NCBI GenBank assembly: GCA_964016885.1
Contig: OZ024740.1
Span: forward strand, 122,636,001-122,700,000
Reading direction: 5' to 3'
Source: Eledone cirrhosa
Lineage: Eukaryota
DNA length: 64,000 nucleotides
Below the pieces are notes generated by a model. It was not told where the DNA came from. It saw only the letters and a list, made by a program, of their open reading frames with translations, and did not search any database. Every line of letters starts with the position of its first letter. The first letter of the stretch is position 1. Shown piece by piece: positions 38,790-51,960 of the stretch. The translations under genes and the position numbers were made by a program.

Positions 38790-39600
38790 TTTGGTCCTTA
38801 GGGAGATATTCCATTGTTTGGAGTGCTTGGATTATTTCCAGCTTTATCCTATTGAAGTCTTTAAGGTTTCATTTTCCTACATCTTTCTCCATATATTTTA
38901 ATTCCTATGGACTTTTCACTATGTTGTCATGAATCGGCTTTTTGTCTGTTAATATTCTGTTGCCTTTTAGGGTTGGAGTTTGTTGCATTTTGTTGTTTAT
39001 TTGATCTGTTTTGGATATGCCATATTATCTTTGTTTTAAATCCTTGATATGTTTATATTCGTGATTTGTTTTTTTAGCATTAATTGTGTTTTCCTTGTAT
39101 ATTTGTTCCTCTGAATGTTGTATTTCCATGAATGATATTTTTTGTTTGATTTTAATATGTATATCCTTATTTTGGAAGTTTGTTGAGGTTGAGTTTTAAA
39201 TCAGTGTGTGGTTTGATTTCTGCCAGATTTTCTATGTGTGTTGTAGTGCATTTTCATTTTTAGCATCTATTGTTGCCATAAAATATGCATGTAGCATCGA
39301 AGCACATTCCTCTCATGTCCATTTGTATGTTTGTGATTTTATGTGTGACACATGAGGGTAAAGTTGTGCCTATCCTTGAGAATGTTATCATTTCTGTTAT
39401 GTAACAGATTTTGAGCTTCAAAATGTCTATGTTTGCATGCATAGATCTTTGTAATCTATGTGATTCTTTTGTATACATGTTTTGCTATTTTCATAATATG
39501 AACACTTGTATTGCAATCAATAAATGTTAGGTTCCATAATTTGGCATTCTTTTTTTATTTGTGTTTTTGCCATGTTTCACTATTGATTTTGTTGTACATG
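38790..39600 (-). mobile_element. Very decayed non-LTR-like coding remnant
   Basis: Strong strand asymmetry and RT-like fragments on the minus strand (DLKLNLNK); no intact motif. Confidence 0.3.
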
Positions 39601-39798
39601 CTCCATGTTTTGTTTCGGCTGTTTTTCAATAGGTTTCAAATGTTAGCAAAGAAATTCATATGAGTGGGACACACCATATATAAAGTTTATTCTTGGTAGG
39701 GTTCGTTGATTCTGTTAGTGTTTACAGGGAAATCCCATAGGATTATTCCATTCATGCCTCCTGTTACTGGATCTGGGTGATGGTGGTAAATTTTTCCT

Positions 39799-39880
39799 TA
39801 TCATCATCATCATCGTTGTTGTCATTTTCATCACCATCATCATCATCCTCCTCATTCTCATCATCCTCATCATCATCATT
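39799..39880. repeat. (CAT)n-type microsatellite
   Basis: Visible. Confidence 0.85.
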
Positions 39881-42069
39881 GTTATTATTCTTATCATTTG
39901 TAAGCTCTGGCAGATGTTATACATACACTATGGCTACAGAGCGAGCCATAGCCAATGGCCAAAGGTGCTTTGGGTCGTTGCTTTTCCTTTTACATTTGAA
40001 CACCCTCATTAAAATCCATGCTGTTCTAGTAAGACTATTTTCTATAACAATCCCATCCTGATGGTAATCCCTAGCTTCTGAGACCATACATCTAAGATTT
40101 TAATAACTAAAAGGTTCGATGCATGGCTTAAGAAGCTATTATTATCATTATTGATTTTCTTTTTATTGTTATTATACATTAAAATACTGTCTAATACTGG
40201 TAAAAATATAGTTTTGTATTATTGAAGCATAGCTGCACATAGAACATATTTATTTATAGTACTATATGCAGTATTCAGCATTGTATAGTAGGTACAAGCA
40301 TTTGAACTGACAAACAAACCCCTCTAACCTATCCTGTGTCAAGCACTTGTATATGTATATGTGTGTGTGTGTATTTCCGTGCATATTCGTGAGTGTGTAT
40401 TAATGTGAATGTGTTTGTAAGTGTGTATATGTATATATTCATGTGAAAATGTGTATCAAGTTATTTTTGTCAAAATAAGAAAAAGCATATCTTATAATAT
40501 AGATTTACATTACCAAATATCAGTTCCATCCTCATGCAAAGCAGCAGAACTATATATACATTGTGTGACAATACAGATACATATGCATATATATAGCAAA
40601 ACAAAATAATTGAAAACAAACAACAAATAAGAATAAAGAAGATCAATAATTTATAATCAGAATATTTGTAATCAGAACTCCCTTGAACCTAGCAGAATCT
40701 CTCAGAGAAGAGATAGGCATAGCTCAGCTAACATAGTACAGTAGAATAGACATGAATTCTAAAGCAATGAGAAAATTTGACAGTGAGCAGATGGCAAGCC
40801 ATGCAGAAAGTGAGATAAACTTGGGGACATAAGGGACACTGTTAGCAATTGATCTAGTAGCTAAGATCTTAGATGTCAGAATTATATCTAACCAGCAGAG
40901 ATAGCATGCATTATTTAGTGAGACAGACGCATACAAATACACAAAGATTATACAAGCTTACACAAATATAATATCAACTAACAAATGAATAGTGAGCTTG
41001 ATGCTATCCTAACTTTCTGTCGCAGTACTTTGTATCTACTCACCAATCAGCCCTCAGAAGGAATAGCAGTGGAATGGTTTCTGTTAATGGATACAACTGT
41101 CAAGATGTGTTTTGTAAAATATATCCGACCTGCTCATTCTCTTAGATTCACCTTTCTTTAAAATCTCACTTGGTAATTCCAAAGGGAATTCCTTATTTGT
41201 AGACTATCTTTATTGTGGATCAATTCAGAACAATGAAGTTAATGTAGTTGATATTTATTTTGTAACAAAATGATGCCTACTTTAGAGTAGCAGTAGCAAT
41301 TTAACAATCTGACACCAAAATACAGTTTCAATTCTTAGTTAGAGCAATTTTATATTACATGTATTACTAATGTGTTTGTCACTTTATTAATTTTCTAAAA
41401 ATAAAATTCAAACGATTTTTCTTTTTTGTGTATCATACAACCTATTCCTGTGAGTTGTAAGAAGCAACTAACTAACCAGGATGAGCATCCAGCCATAGGA
41501 CATGTCATGGTTCCCACACAACCAACCCCATCCTTAGCAAGAAAAATAGCCTTAAAACGTTTACTGTGTAAAATCTGATGGTGATTACTTTCAGAAGATA
41601 CAAGTATGAAATGTTGTTTATTTCATAGGATTCACCTGTAAATATTTTTAATAGAGTAAATTTTGCTAAGATGACTCATGGATCAGGTGATGGGTATTGC
41701 TTAGCTACAAGTTACCCCTGATAGAACAGGCATATGATCAAAGACATTTCAACCATGACTGTCCAGTTATTTTGGCTAGATTCTTAGTAGTACATTATCC
41801 AACAATTCCTTTTGTATTAAGATGGCAACATCATATACACACACACAAATACACATACAATTATTAAATATTTGCATTGATGAGACAGGTGAGACCACAA
41901 ATCAGCATATCATTAATGCATGGGTAGAAACAGAGTGGGTATAAGGGAGGCAAAAATCTGACCGCAACAGCTGCCAAATTTAACTTACTATTCACAAGGC
42001 ATGCTATATACGAGTTCAAACTGCTAGGCATCGTGTCTAGATGGTATCTTCTTATATATATAGTGTGTC

Positions 42070-43684
42070 ATAGAGAATTGTGATGTCATTGGAGAGAAGT
42101 GTATCCGGAATGATAATGGTGAGCTTGCCCTCACATGTACCGAGAAGAAAGCTGCATGGAAGAGCCATTATGAAAGATTACTAAACGAGGAGAATGATGG
42201 GAAAAGAGACCCTACCCTGTGGATCCTATAGAGGAGCCAGCAGTACAACTCAGCAGCAGCGTAGTAAGTAAGGCAATCAATGATATGAAGACAGGGAAGG
42301 CAATCGGTCCATCGGGTATAGCTGCCGAGATGCTGAAGGCATCTGGGTCCGTAGGTCACACCATAATCACACAAATTGTTAACCAGGTAATACTAGAGGG
42401 TATCATACCAAAGGATTAGTGCAGCAGCATCATTGTCAACTGCTACAAAGGTAAAGGTGATGCACTAGATAGAGGAACCTAAGGAGGTATAAAGCTGATG
42501 GACTAGGTCATGTAAGTAACGGAAAGAGTTATAACACAGTTGATTAGAGACCGGGTGAAACTAGATGAGATGCAATTTGGGTTTGTACCAGGAAAAGCAC
42601 CACTGATGCCCTCTTCCTTGTGAGGCAGTTACAGTAAAAATACCTAGCTAAAAGTAAGCGGCTCTACCTGGCATTAGTCGATCTGGAAAAAACCTTTGAC
42701 AGAGTCCTTGTGCTATAATCTGGTGGGCTGTTAGAGAATTAGGAGTAGATAAATGGCTTGTGAAAGCTGTACAAGCCATGTATAGAGGAGCAGTAAGCAA
42801 AGTTAGAGTTAGCAAAGAGTATAGCGAGGAATTTAACATACAGGTCAGTGTCCACCAGGGCTCTGTTCTTAGTCCTCTTCTGTTCATTATAGTTTTGCAG
42901 GCAATAACAGAGGAGTTTAAGGCAAACTGTATGATGCGTGTATACAAACAGCAATCTTAGATAGTAGTGAAACCTGGGCACTGTCTGTAGAAAACTTGCG
43001 CAGATTAGAAAGAAACAAAGCTTGCATGCTCCAATGGATGTGTAATAGTAATATACGCGAATGGTAAAGTATAAACGAATTGAGAGAGAGACTGAGCATC
43101 AGAGGAATCAAATGCTGTATGGAGGAGAGGAAGTTACGCTGGTATGGACATGTGATGTGTATGAAGGATGACAGCTGCATAAAAAAGTGCAGAGCACTAG
43201 AAGTCGATGGAAGCCGCGCAGTGGGGAGACCCAAGAAGACCTGGGATGAGGTGATGGAGGCCGACCCTAAACAATTACACCTCTCAAGAGCAATGACACA
43301 CGACCCTGACCTCTGGTGTCATGCAGTAACACAGTAGACCCGACCCCCACAGGAAATAAGCTGAAGTTGAAGCATATAGACAATATGCCTCCACACCCTC
43401 CCACTGCAAAGTGGGAGGGGAGGTACCAAAGCAAAAAAAGCACCCAGCCCACACTGTAAAGAGAACGTGTAGGCGCCACGGAAAAAAGCACCAAGCACTC
43501 ACTGTAAATGAGGTTGGTGTTAGGAAGGGCATCCAGCTGTAGAAATCAAGCCAGAATCATTTCCTGTATGAGCAAGACAAGGTCAGCTGACTGGACACTG
43601 CTCACAACAAGACAACCCGTCTAACCCATGCTAGCATGGAAGAACGGACGTAAAACGATGATGATGATGATGATGATGATGATA
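42070..43684 (+). mobile_element. Decayed RTE-clade LINE with 3' UTR/SINE-like tail ending (GAT)n
   Basis: MKTGKAIGPSGIAAEMLK, QFGFVPG, LVDLEK, VHQGSVLSPLLF, KLRWYGHVM, GRPKKTW. The YADD region is deleted near 42925; tail 43430-43684. Confidence 0.85.
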
Positions 43685-43770
43685 TATATATATAAAGGGT
43701 GTTGGATGGTTAAAGTGTCTGTATGCCGTAGGCCGTTTGAGCACTCGATCCTCTTACAGAGCAGAGTACA

Positions 43771-44081
43771 ATATCACATAAGAAAGAGAGAATTAGTGGT
43801 GTGACAAATTAAAATTTAAAAGACATATCACAATCATTTCTCTGGCGACCTGCTCAAGGCACGATCGATGCTATGATTGAACATGACTCTGAAATCGCTA
43901 GATCCTCAGATAGAAACTCTGCTTCGAAGAATCGAGACGTATCTGAGGATCTTGCGATTTCAGAGTCAGGTTCGCCCATCGCATCGATTGTGCCTCGAGC
44001 TGGTCGCCAGAGAAACGATTGTAATATGTCTAATAAATTTTAATTCGTCACACAACTGATTCTCCATTTTTTATGTGATAT
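43771..44081. repeat. 311-bp palindrome made of two head-to-head hammerhead-containing arms
   Basis: Arms 43771-43912 and 43940-44081. Confidence 0.9.
43935..44031 (+). ncRNA. Type I hammerhead ribozyme motif with canonical core
   Basis: Stem I AGACGTAT/ATATGTCT; CTGAGGA 43943-43949; stem II TCTTGCGA/TCGCCAGA; GAAA 44012-44015; stem III AC-GATT-GT; GUA cleavage triplet 44021-44023; AATAAA directly after. Confidence 0.75.
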
Positions 44082-44104
44082 ATTTATATATATATATATA
44101 TATG

Positions 44105-45552
44105 CATCTGAAACTACTTCGCACTTTCTTATTCTAAATATACTCCATCACTCCTATGTGGAAAAAGTACATTGAGTGCTTGAATTGAAAAGTATCAATG
44201 TTTACCATAAGAATTTAGCTCTGAAATGTTGAGTGCTGTATGGTGTAACTGATATAGTGAAGAAGTGGAGGAACCAGCCATCAGCTACACCCGGAAATTC
44301 CCTCTACCATGGTGACTGATTACACACACTGGAAATCCCTACTACTTGACAGACATAAAATTATAAACTAACTTTCGACTGGGTAAATAAGCGGAACTAA
44401 AAGCAACGTAAAACCCCTTATTTTCTTGAAGCCTTGAACAGAAGCCCCCTCACTTCATCCGATAACAAATTTTTATATCCACTTTACATAGACAAAATTG
44501 ACAAGCATTTTCACCACTTATAACCTCATTTCCATACAGATATACATGTTTATCTTCCTCGTATATTTTTTCTTATATATTTCTCCTCCCTCATTTTGCA
44601 TCTATGTACTTTTTTTTGTTTTGATTCACGTGATAGAAGAAGATATTAATTAATTATTTGCCTAATTACTACATTTCATACTGTAATTTACCCTCCGTTA
44701 TAATGTATGGTACTATCGGTCAATATATGGATAATATCCAATATTGATTCCCTTTTTCAAAATTTCTTACTATAATTTTCCCTTCTACTGTACGGTACAA
44801 TTGTTCAATATATGGATAATATATCTGTAATATCGATCCCCCTTTAAAAACTTCTTACTATAATTTAAACATCTCCCTATTTATTATTTATTATATATAG
44901 GTTTTTTGCATCTACTTCAATCAAGATTTTAACTTGTAATTTTTAATTTCTAATTTTCAATCATAATTTCCACTGAATTAAGTTTATATTTTCTTAGCGG
45001 GTGATTCTACTATCCAAGCATAATGGAGGGGTAGTATCGAAGCCTATTGAAGCTCATACTCTGCCACCACCACTAGGCCACTGACAGGACAACTAGCAGT
45101 AAACTATAACCGTGTCATATTACAAACTTTGATGGGGGTGATTGTTTCGTTGGGGTGTGGGGGGACCTGCCTAGGCGAGTTTCATAGAATTTTGGAGTAG
45201 TGGATGGTCAACATTCTTCAGACTTGCGCCTGCGCAAACCGGGGGGTGGTGAATTGGGACTCACAAGGGAATGGGCGAAGGAATCAAGAACATCCGCTTT
45301 GTTCAATCCCTTGTCATTTCAATTTGGATTGGCTCGGGAATGTAACCTTATTATGTAAGAAGCTGTCTGATGATGGGTACATGGAATTGTGTGGCCAGTG
45401 TCACCATTGAAATATGTATCACAGCATTATAATTAAAGGACTTTAACATCTGAAACTACTTTGCACTTTCTTATTCTAAATATACTCCATCACTCCTATG
45501 TGGAAAAAGTACGTTGATTACTTGAATTGAATTGCATCCATGTTTACCATAA
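44105..45552 (+). mobile_element. Non-coding element with ~105-bp direct terminal repeats between (TA)n tracts (non-autonomous Penelope/retrozyme-like)
   Basis: 44105-44211 repeated at ~45447-45552; hammerhead motif immediately upstream of the 3' repeat; no substantial ORF. Confidence 0.65.
45362..45425 (+). ncRNA. Type I hammerhead ribozyme motif
   Basis: Stem I GCTGT/ACAGC; CTGATGA 45367-45373; short imperfect stem II TGG../..CCA; GAAA 45409-45412; stem III AT-ATGT-AT; AUC triplet. Confidence 0.6.
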
Positions 45553-45591
<39 letters not shown>

Positions 45592-45644
45592 CATGTACAT
45601 ACATGCATGCACCCACCCACACCCATACACATATAAATATATTT

Positions 45645-45760
45645 ATTCATTTGTTTTGCAAGATTCTTGATGTGAAACCGTCTGTTGAAGCCTATATAGT
45701 TATATTTGAAGATGGTCATGTTGCCAGTATTGCCAATAAAAAAGCATGCGCACTATATGA
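45645..45760 (-). mobile_element. Diverged fragment of the Penelope 3' terminus family (cf. 60284-60400)
   Basis: TTTTGCAAGATTCTTGATGTGAAACCGTCTGTTGAAGCCTATATAGTTATATTTG..GGTCATGTTGCCA similarity. Confidence 0.55.
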
Positions 45761-46242
45761 TTTTCACTTTAGTTATTCATTAGTTTATGAAAATTCTTCT
45801 CACCATAGATTCTATAACCTCCTCACTGACTATCTGTTCTATTCAGGGAATCCTACTTGATCAAATGGAGATGGTTTTTTCTGACAGGACACGGTGTTGA
45901 ATGTGTTTGAAGACTGTGCCACCCACGACCATTTCAGGAATAAGTGGGCAACGAAGAATTCTTCCATATTTTTTACACATAGGATGGGAATCCATTTTTT
46001 TTTATTTTTGCACTGTCATTATCATTCCTTATAATTTGTTTATTCACTAAGATTTTTTTCATTTTTTATCATTAAAAAATGGTTAGATTCCTATGAATAT
46101 TATAATAAATTTCAAGATATGTTGTATGTTGATATAAATGGAAATGTGTTTTCTTTTGGTTTAATTTTTACCATCAATAATTCAGATAAATAGAGGGACA
46201 TTTTCGGAAAAATTTGGTATTTTGTAATTCTAGCCAATTCAA

Positions 46243-46515
46243 GGCAGCTATATGTAGCTTTCATTGACCTGGCAAAGGTCTTTGACATTGTTCCATGATT
46301 AGCGATTTGATCGTCATTATGGAAACTGGGTATAGATGAGTGGCTTATGAGAACAGTGAGTAGTCATGAATAGAGGTGCTGTTAACAAAGTGAGAGAAGA
46401 TAATGAGTTTAGTTAGAAACTTAATGTGAAATGATCCTCTTGCATATGCATCAAATATCTATACCAGTGCAGTTGTCTTTCTTGGACACTACATTTGATT
46501 CCTCTTATACTCAAT
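46243..46515. mobile_element. Two RTE fragments joined in opposite orientation
   Basis: Plus strand 46243-46430 QLYVAFIDLAKVFD..KLGIDEWL; minus strand 46432-46515 LSIRGIKCSVQERQLHWY. Both match the 42-43 kb RTE. Confidence 0.7.
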
Positions 46516-47924
46516 GTATTGTCCATATTCCAACTGTACAGGGGTTTGTACCTGGAGAGTATCACTCTAATGGACCTGTCCGGGAAGGTGTTATGAGGAT
46601 GACCAGCAGTACCGTCTAACAGAGTGATGTGGGTGCCTTTTATTGCAGTACCAACACTTCTGTGTTCCAGGGTAGACTGGGTGCATTAGGTACAATAGAA
46701 TTACGAGTGAAGTGCAAATCTTCACTCCATGTAGGAGAGTAGTAACTCTGTATAAGAACTGATTTGGACTATAAAAACTTATTCAAATCATGTCACAATC
46801 GAAATCAAAGATAAAATAATGATAAAATAATGATGATAATGATAGGTATATATATATATATATATACGTGGAAAAGTAAGAAATAGGAGAAGAGACCGTT
46901 AATACATGTTTTTTTAAAACAGCACCTACGTACGTTTTGCTGGATGGGCTTCTCAAAGGCATACATAACTAAAAAGTGTTCCTTTCATGGCCTGGAAAGT
47001 GTTTTTGGAGGTAAGTTCACGTCAGAGTTCATTCTTCGCTAACTCTCTCGCCCACTAGATATTAACACCTCTAATATCTAACACTGCCAGCACTAGTATT
47101 GAGCACCTTCTGCATACGCTATTTGGCACATTACTACATCCCTCCTTTTTTCTCTCTCTCCTTACGTAAATAGTCTATATATATATATATATATCTGTGT
47201 GTGTGTGTGACAGATGGAGATAGATAGATAGAGAGAGAGTGGAAGGGAGAGTGAATGTGTATATTTGTATTTGTGTGCATGTATATATATATGTATGTTT
47301 GTAAATATGTATGCATTTATTACTTGCTATTTCAAGCATCAAACTAATATATTTCTTCAATGTACTGTGTTGTTTGCTTTGTTATTTCTGTTTAATTTTT
47401 ACATACTTATGTATGTATATATATGTATGAACGCATGAATGCATTCATATATGTATGTATGTTACAATATAACTAAATCAACAAAAAATTAATACAGAGA
47501 AAGAGAACAAGTGAGATTGATATGAATGGGCTAGGATTGAACACAGCTAATCTGATTCAGAAGAGGATTCCTTAACAACAAAATATATCATTCTAAGTAG
47601 TCAAAGAATAAAACAAAATTGATTAAGAAATATTTGAGCAGTTCTGATGAAGATAAATTGGGGCTTATTTATGTTATAGATTTCAAAAGTCATAGCACAG
47701 TCCTAATGGGAGTGAAGATCATGAATAGTGAATGAATGTATTCTGAGAACCATATCAGAGAAGGAAGCAACAGATATAGAAGTAGTAGAATATTGACACA
47801 GCAACAAGATGAGTCAGTGAAGTCGTAGTTTTGTCAGACACCTCCCATTTAACTTCATTATCAATAGCCTCAGGAACACCATGAAATTATCATCCCCATA
47901 ACCAGCCATGGTTTCCACCCCTAT

Positions 47925-48078
47925 CAGCATCATCATTATCATTAACATTATCTTTATCATCATTATCACCATCATCATCGTCGTCGTCATCATCATCATC
48001 ATCAACTTCATCATTATCTTTATCTTCATCATCAATATATTCATCATCAACAACATCATCATCTATATCATCATCATT
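47925..48078. repeat. Degenerate (CAT)n microsatellite
   Basis: Visible. Confidence 0.85.
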
Positions 48079-49375
48079 AAAAGAAAAGAAAAACGTTTTT
48101 CTCACACCTTATGTTTTGAATTTCTGTTTTGCAAGGTAACAGCTCAGCAAGCCAGCATATATATATATATGTGTGTGTGTTTATATATATATACGCAAAT
48201 ACATGTTTATATACACATATATATATATCTTTAAATCTTAATTTAGAGACAACTGAAGCTGACTGTATTTGACAGTGCTAGTTTGTGAGACAGTTGCAAA
48301 TGATTGATGCTTGTAGAAAAGAGCTGAGAGAATGAGATAGATGGGAGTAAGTGATTGAAAAGAAAGAGGTAAAAGTATTACAAAAAAGCCTACCAAAAGT
48401 GGTTGCTTTCTTCAGTTTTCACATGTAACCAATGTGAGTGGAATAGGTTGCTATGACAGAATGAGGCTGTGGAGCCACACTACTACAGTGACATTGCAAA
48501 TACCAATAACTCTTAATAGTTTCCAAGACTAAGAAATGGCAATACATAACACTCCCCATCCACTTCTTCTCACAGGTATTGATGTTTAAGTGGGTGTGTT
48601 TCCTTTATATAACTAGCTATATAGAAGAATAAATTGTAGTTTGATAAGTGGCAACCAAAAATAAGTATTTAATAGTACACGAACTTCACTTAACTGTAAA
48701 ACACAAAGTTGAAATAGGACTATATGTTAAAGCAAGAAGGAAAAGAGGAGGGAGAATATTAATGTACAGAGTGGCAATTGATATTCTTAGAGGGTCACTC
48801 TTCTTTACATGTATTAGTAATGTTTTATTTAGTCTTAAACATTTGTTTCTTAAACTTTTTGTTACCATATTTAAAGTGAAAGACAACGAAAATCATCGTT
48901 TGGAAGGAATTGAGGATGCATTTAAGTTTGACATTATTTAGCAGGCATTTGAAACATAATTTATCAAACGTTCTTAAATGAAATTGAGATAAAAGACATT
49001 TAGATAAATATAAACATGTTACAATAACAGTGTTGTATAGTAAAACCTAGAAAGGGTAGTTTGGAACAGTTTCGTATCTCATTTCAAACCTTTTTCCTCA
49101 GAATAGTTTTCTTGTGACCCTCTTTCACTGTTAAAAAAGAATATAATATTTATGTGATTATTTTGAAATTAAAATTACAAATACAAACTAAATCTCAGAA
49201 AATAAGAAACAATGAAAGTACAAGATAACACCACACAAGATTTACTAATAGCAAAAATTATACTCATCATCATCATCGTCATCATCACCGTTTAACATCC
49301 ATTTTTTCCTGCTTGCATAGGTTCAACACACCACCCTTCCCCCATACCTTTAAACCCTTGTCACAATCCTCAGTC

Positions 49376-49790
49376 AACACTGTAGAATGGTTCTGTTGGT
49401 ATCATGACAAAGAACACCCAGCCCACACTGTAAAGTGGTCGAGTTGGTGTCATGACTAAAAGCTCCCAGCCCACACTGTAAAGTGGTCGAGTTGGTGTCA
49501 TGACTAAAAGCTCCCATCCCACACAGTAAAGTGGTCGTGTAGGTGTAAGGACAAAAAGCACACAGCCCATATTGTAAAGTAGTTGAGAAGGTGTCACAAC
49601 AAAAATCAGCCAGCACACACTGCAAATGTGGTTGACGTTAGGAACGGCATTCAGCTGTAGAATCCAAGCCAGAAACAATTCTGTATTAGCAAGATACGCC
49701 CAACTGATCCAACTCGACTCAAACAGGACAACCTGTCTAACCTATGTTAAATGGAAAATAGATGTTAAATGACAACGACGACGAAGATGA
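49376..49790 (+). mobile_element. RTE-tailed SINE-like repeat with ~5 internal 48-bp tandem subrepeats
   Basis: Unit CATGACTAAAAGCTCCCAGCCCACACTGTAAAGTGGTCGAGTTGGTGT, followed by GGCATTCAGCTGTAGAATCCAAGCC and an ATGGAAAATAGATGTTAAATGA tail. Confidence 0.75.
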
Positions 49791-50489
49791 AGTGGATGAT
49801 GACGATGATGATATAAGGATTGTTATGATGTCTTGAATCATTTTCCAGAAACCAGCATTTATATATATATATATATCCAAACCCATGCAAGCGTGGAAGA
49901 TAGACGTTCAACGATGATGATGATATATACATTGCATTTTGCTTAATCATATATGGCAAGCAATTAATTTTTAATGTTAAACCTCTAAAGTCTGTTTTGA
50001 GCCCAGACTCTTGTCATGCAGTGCTTATCCCAGTTTCCCATGGGGTGAAGTGTTTGAGATTACAAGACTTGCCTCCAGACAAGATACCTATACTTCACAG
50101 ATTTAAACCCAGATCTATTGCTGGCACTCATTTCCAACTAAGTATACTGGAGTCACCTAAAATGGTATGTTTTGCTGAAGAACACAACACACAACCCAGT
50201 TTTTGTTGCCCACAGTGTAACATGGAAGTATGAGACAACAACAGGTTGTCTGGTTAACTCAATGCATTCCAAATTGTGTGTCACAATACTTTAGTGTGGG
50301 ACCAATACATTCTGAGCATGTCATAAATTTAAATCAAATCTGTTCAATTTTCATGAATATTTGGTTATGAAGTGGTGGTGACATGAGATAAGATATTTAA
50401 TTGTTTATTTATTAATTACATTAATTTTGTGTTACTAACAAACTTTAATTAATGTGTCATGAGAAATTATATTTTTTAAAAAGCATGTT

Positions 50490-50622
50490 ATGTAAACAAA
50501 TTTTAGTATCCTGCATGAAGTGTCTCATGTAAACACATTTTAGTATCGTGCATGAAGTGTCTCATGTAAACACATTTTAGTATCGTGCATAAAGTGTCTC
50601 ATGTAAACACATTTTAGTATTC
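50490..50622. repeat. 37-bp minisatellite, ~3.6 copies
   Basis: ATGTAAACACATTTTAGTATCGTGCATGAAGTGTCTC. Confidence 0.9.
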
Positions 50623-51880
50623 TTCATGGAGTGCGTGTAACCCATGTAATTGTTATGAAATTTGCAAGAGGTATTGAGAAAGAGTTTAAGGGTTTTGAGC
50701 ACATAGCCAAATACATATAAAGTTAACTCTTTATAAATTGTAGCAAAAAAATATACATTGTACACAGTTCAAAATACATGCTTTAAAATGTTTACTTAAT
50801 AAGCACTCCGAACAACGAAAATAGTTATATAGAGCTACAAGTAGTCACGTCACATCCATCCTTTGAAACTTGGAGCAGAATTATAACTCCTGTTTTTTTA
50901 TCATTAACAGGTGAGCAGCTTAGAAATGTGATTATAATTGTTTTATACATACAATGTTCGATTGTGCAACACAAAAAGTCAATGAAAATTAAAAATTACT
51001 ATCACATGGCATTGCTAATATAGACAGATCAACATGCAATGTTTTATTCACAAGAAATGTAATTTATAAATAATTCAAATGATAAAAAGTGTTTATATCT
51101 TTTTAAATAGACATACCATTTGAAAACTATAATATTAATATCAAGATATTTCATAGGAATTTGAAATAAATTTATATTGGTAAAAGGTTTATATATGTAA
51201 ATGTGCATACATAAGCACACACATATATGCACTTATCTATCTATGTCAGCACAAATACAAATGCATTTATTTGCAAATATATATACATATGTCTATAACT
51301 ATATCTATCTATTTATGTACACACACACACATATATCTATATATATGTGTGTGTGTGCATGTGTACATATACACATACATACAGATATACATACATACAG
51401 GCAGATAGATAGATACATATAAGTATGTATGTATGCATTTATATATATATATATGTGGACATCTGCAAACAAAAACAAACCTCCTACTGAACTGGAATGG
51501 AAAATGTATGAATGTCACCATGAAGATGAATTAAAATGAAGAAGTAAAAAGCAATGTTATTTATTAAATGAAAGCTGTTTATGAAAGTATTCATAGATAT
51601 TTTATTTGCTCCACTCACTACTGTGTGACAAACTCTTCAAATTAAATAGTATTGGTTGATATATGCATTTTACCCATTGCTTCAATAATAAAAGCACTTT
51701 ACTTTCATATTCCCAGCACATCCAATATCACAGATGCCTCTATCACCACCAAAACAAACAGAGTAGTGCTGGTGGTGTGTATACAACCTTAATATATGCC
51801 AAGGTTTTATTTGAAGTGGATTTACGTAACAAGACTTCACAATAAAATAGCACTATTTATCAATCTATCTATCTATTGAC

Positions 51881-51949
<69 letters not shown>

Positions 51950-51960
<11 letters not shown>

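Noticed and set aside
47814-48234. Poly-Asp/Met/Ile ORFs (also 39715-40061)
   Set aside because: Translations of (CAT)n microsatellites.
50490-50622. 37-bp repeats of CRISPR-like length (also the 48-bp units at 49376-49625)
   Set aside because: Head-to-tail with no unique spacers, no cas genes, eukaryotic context.
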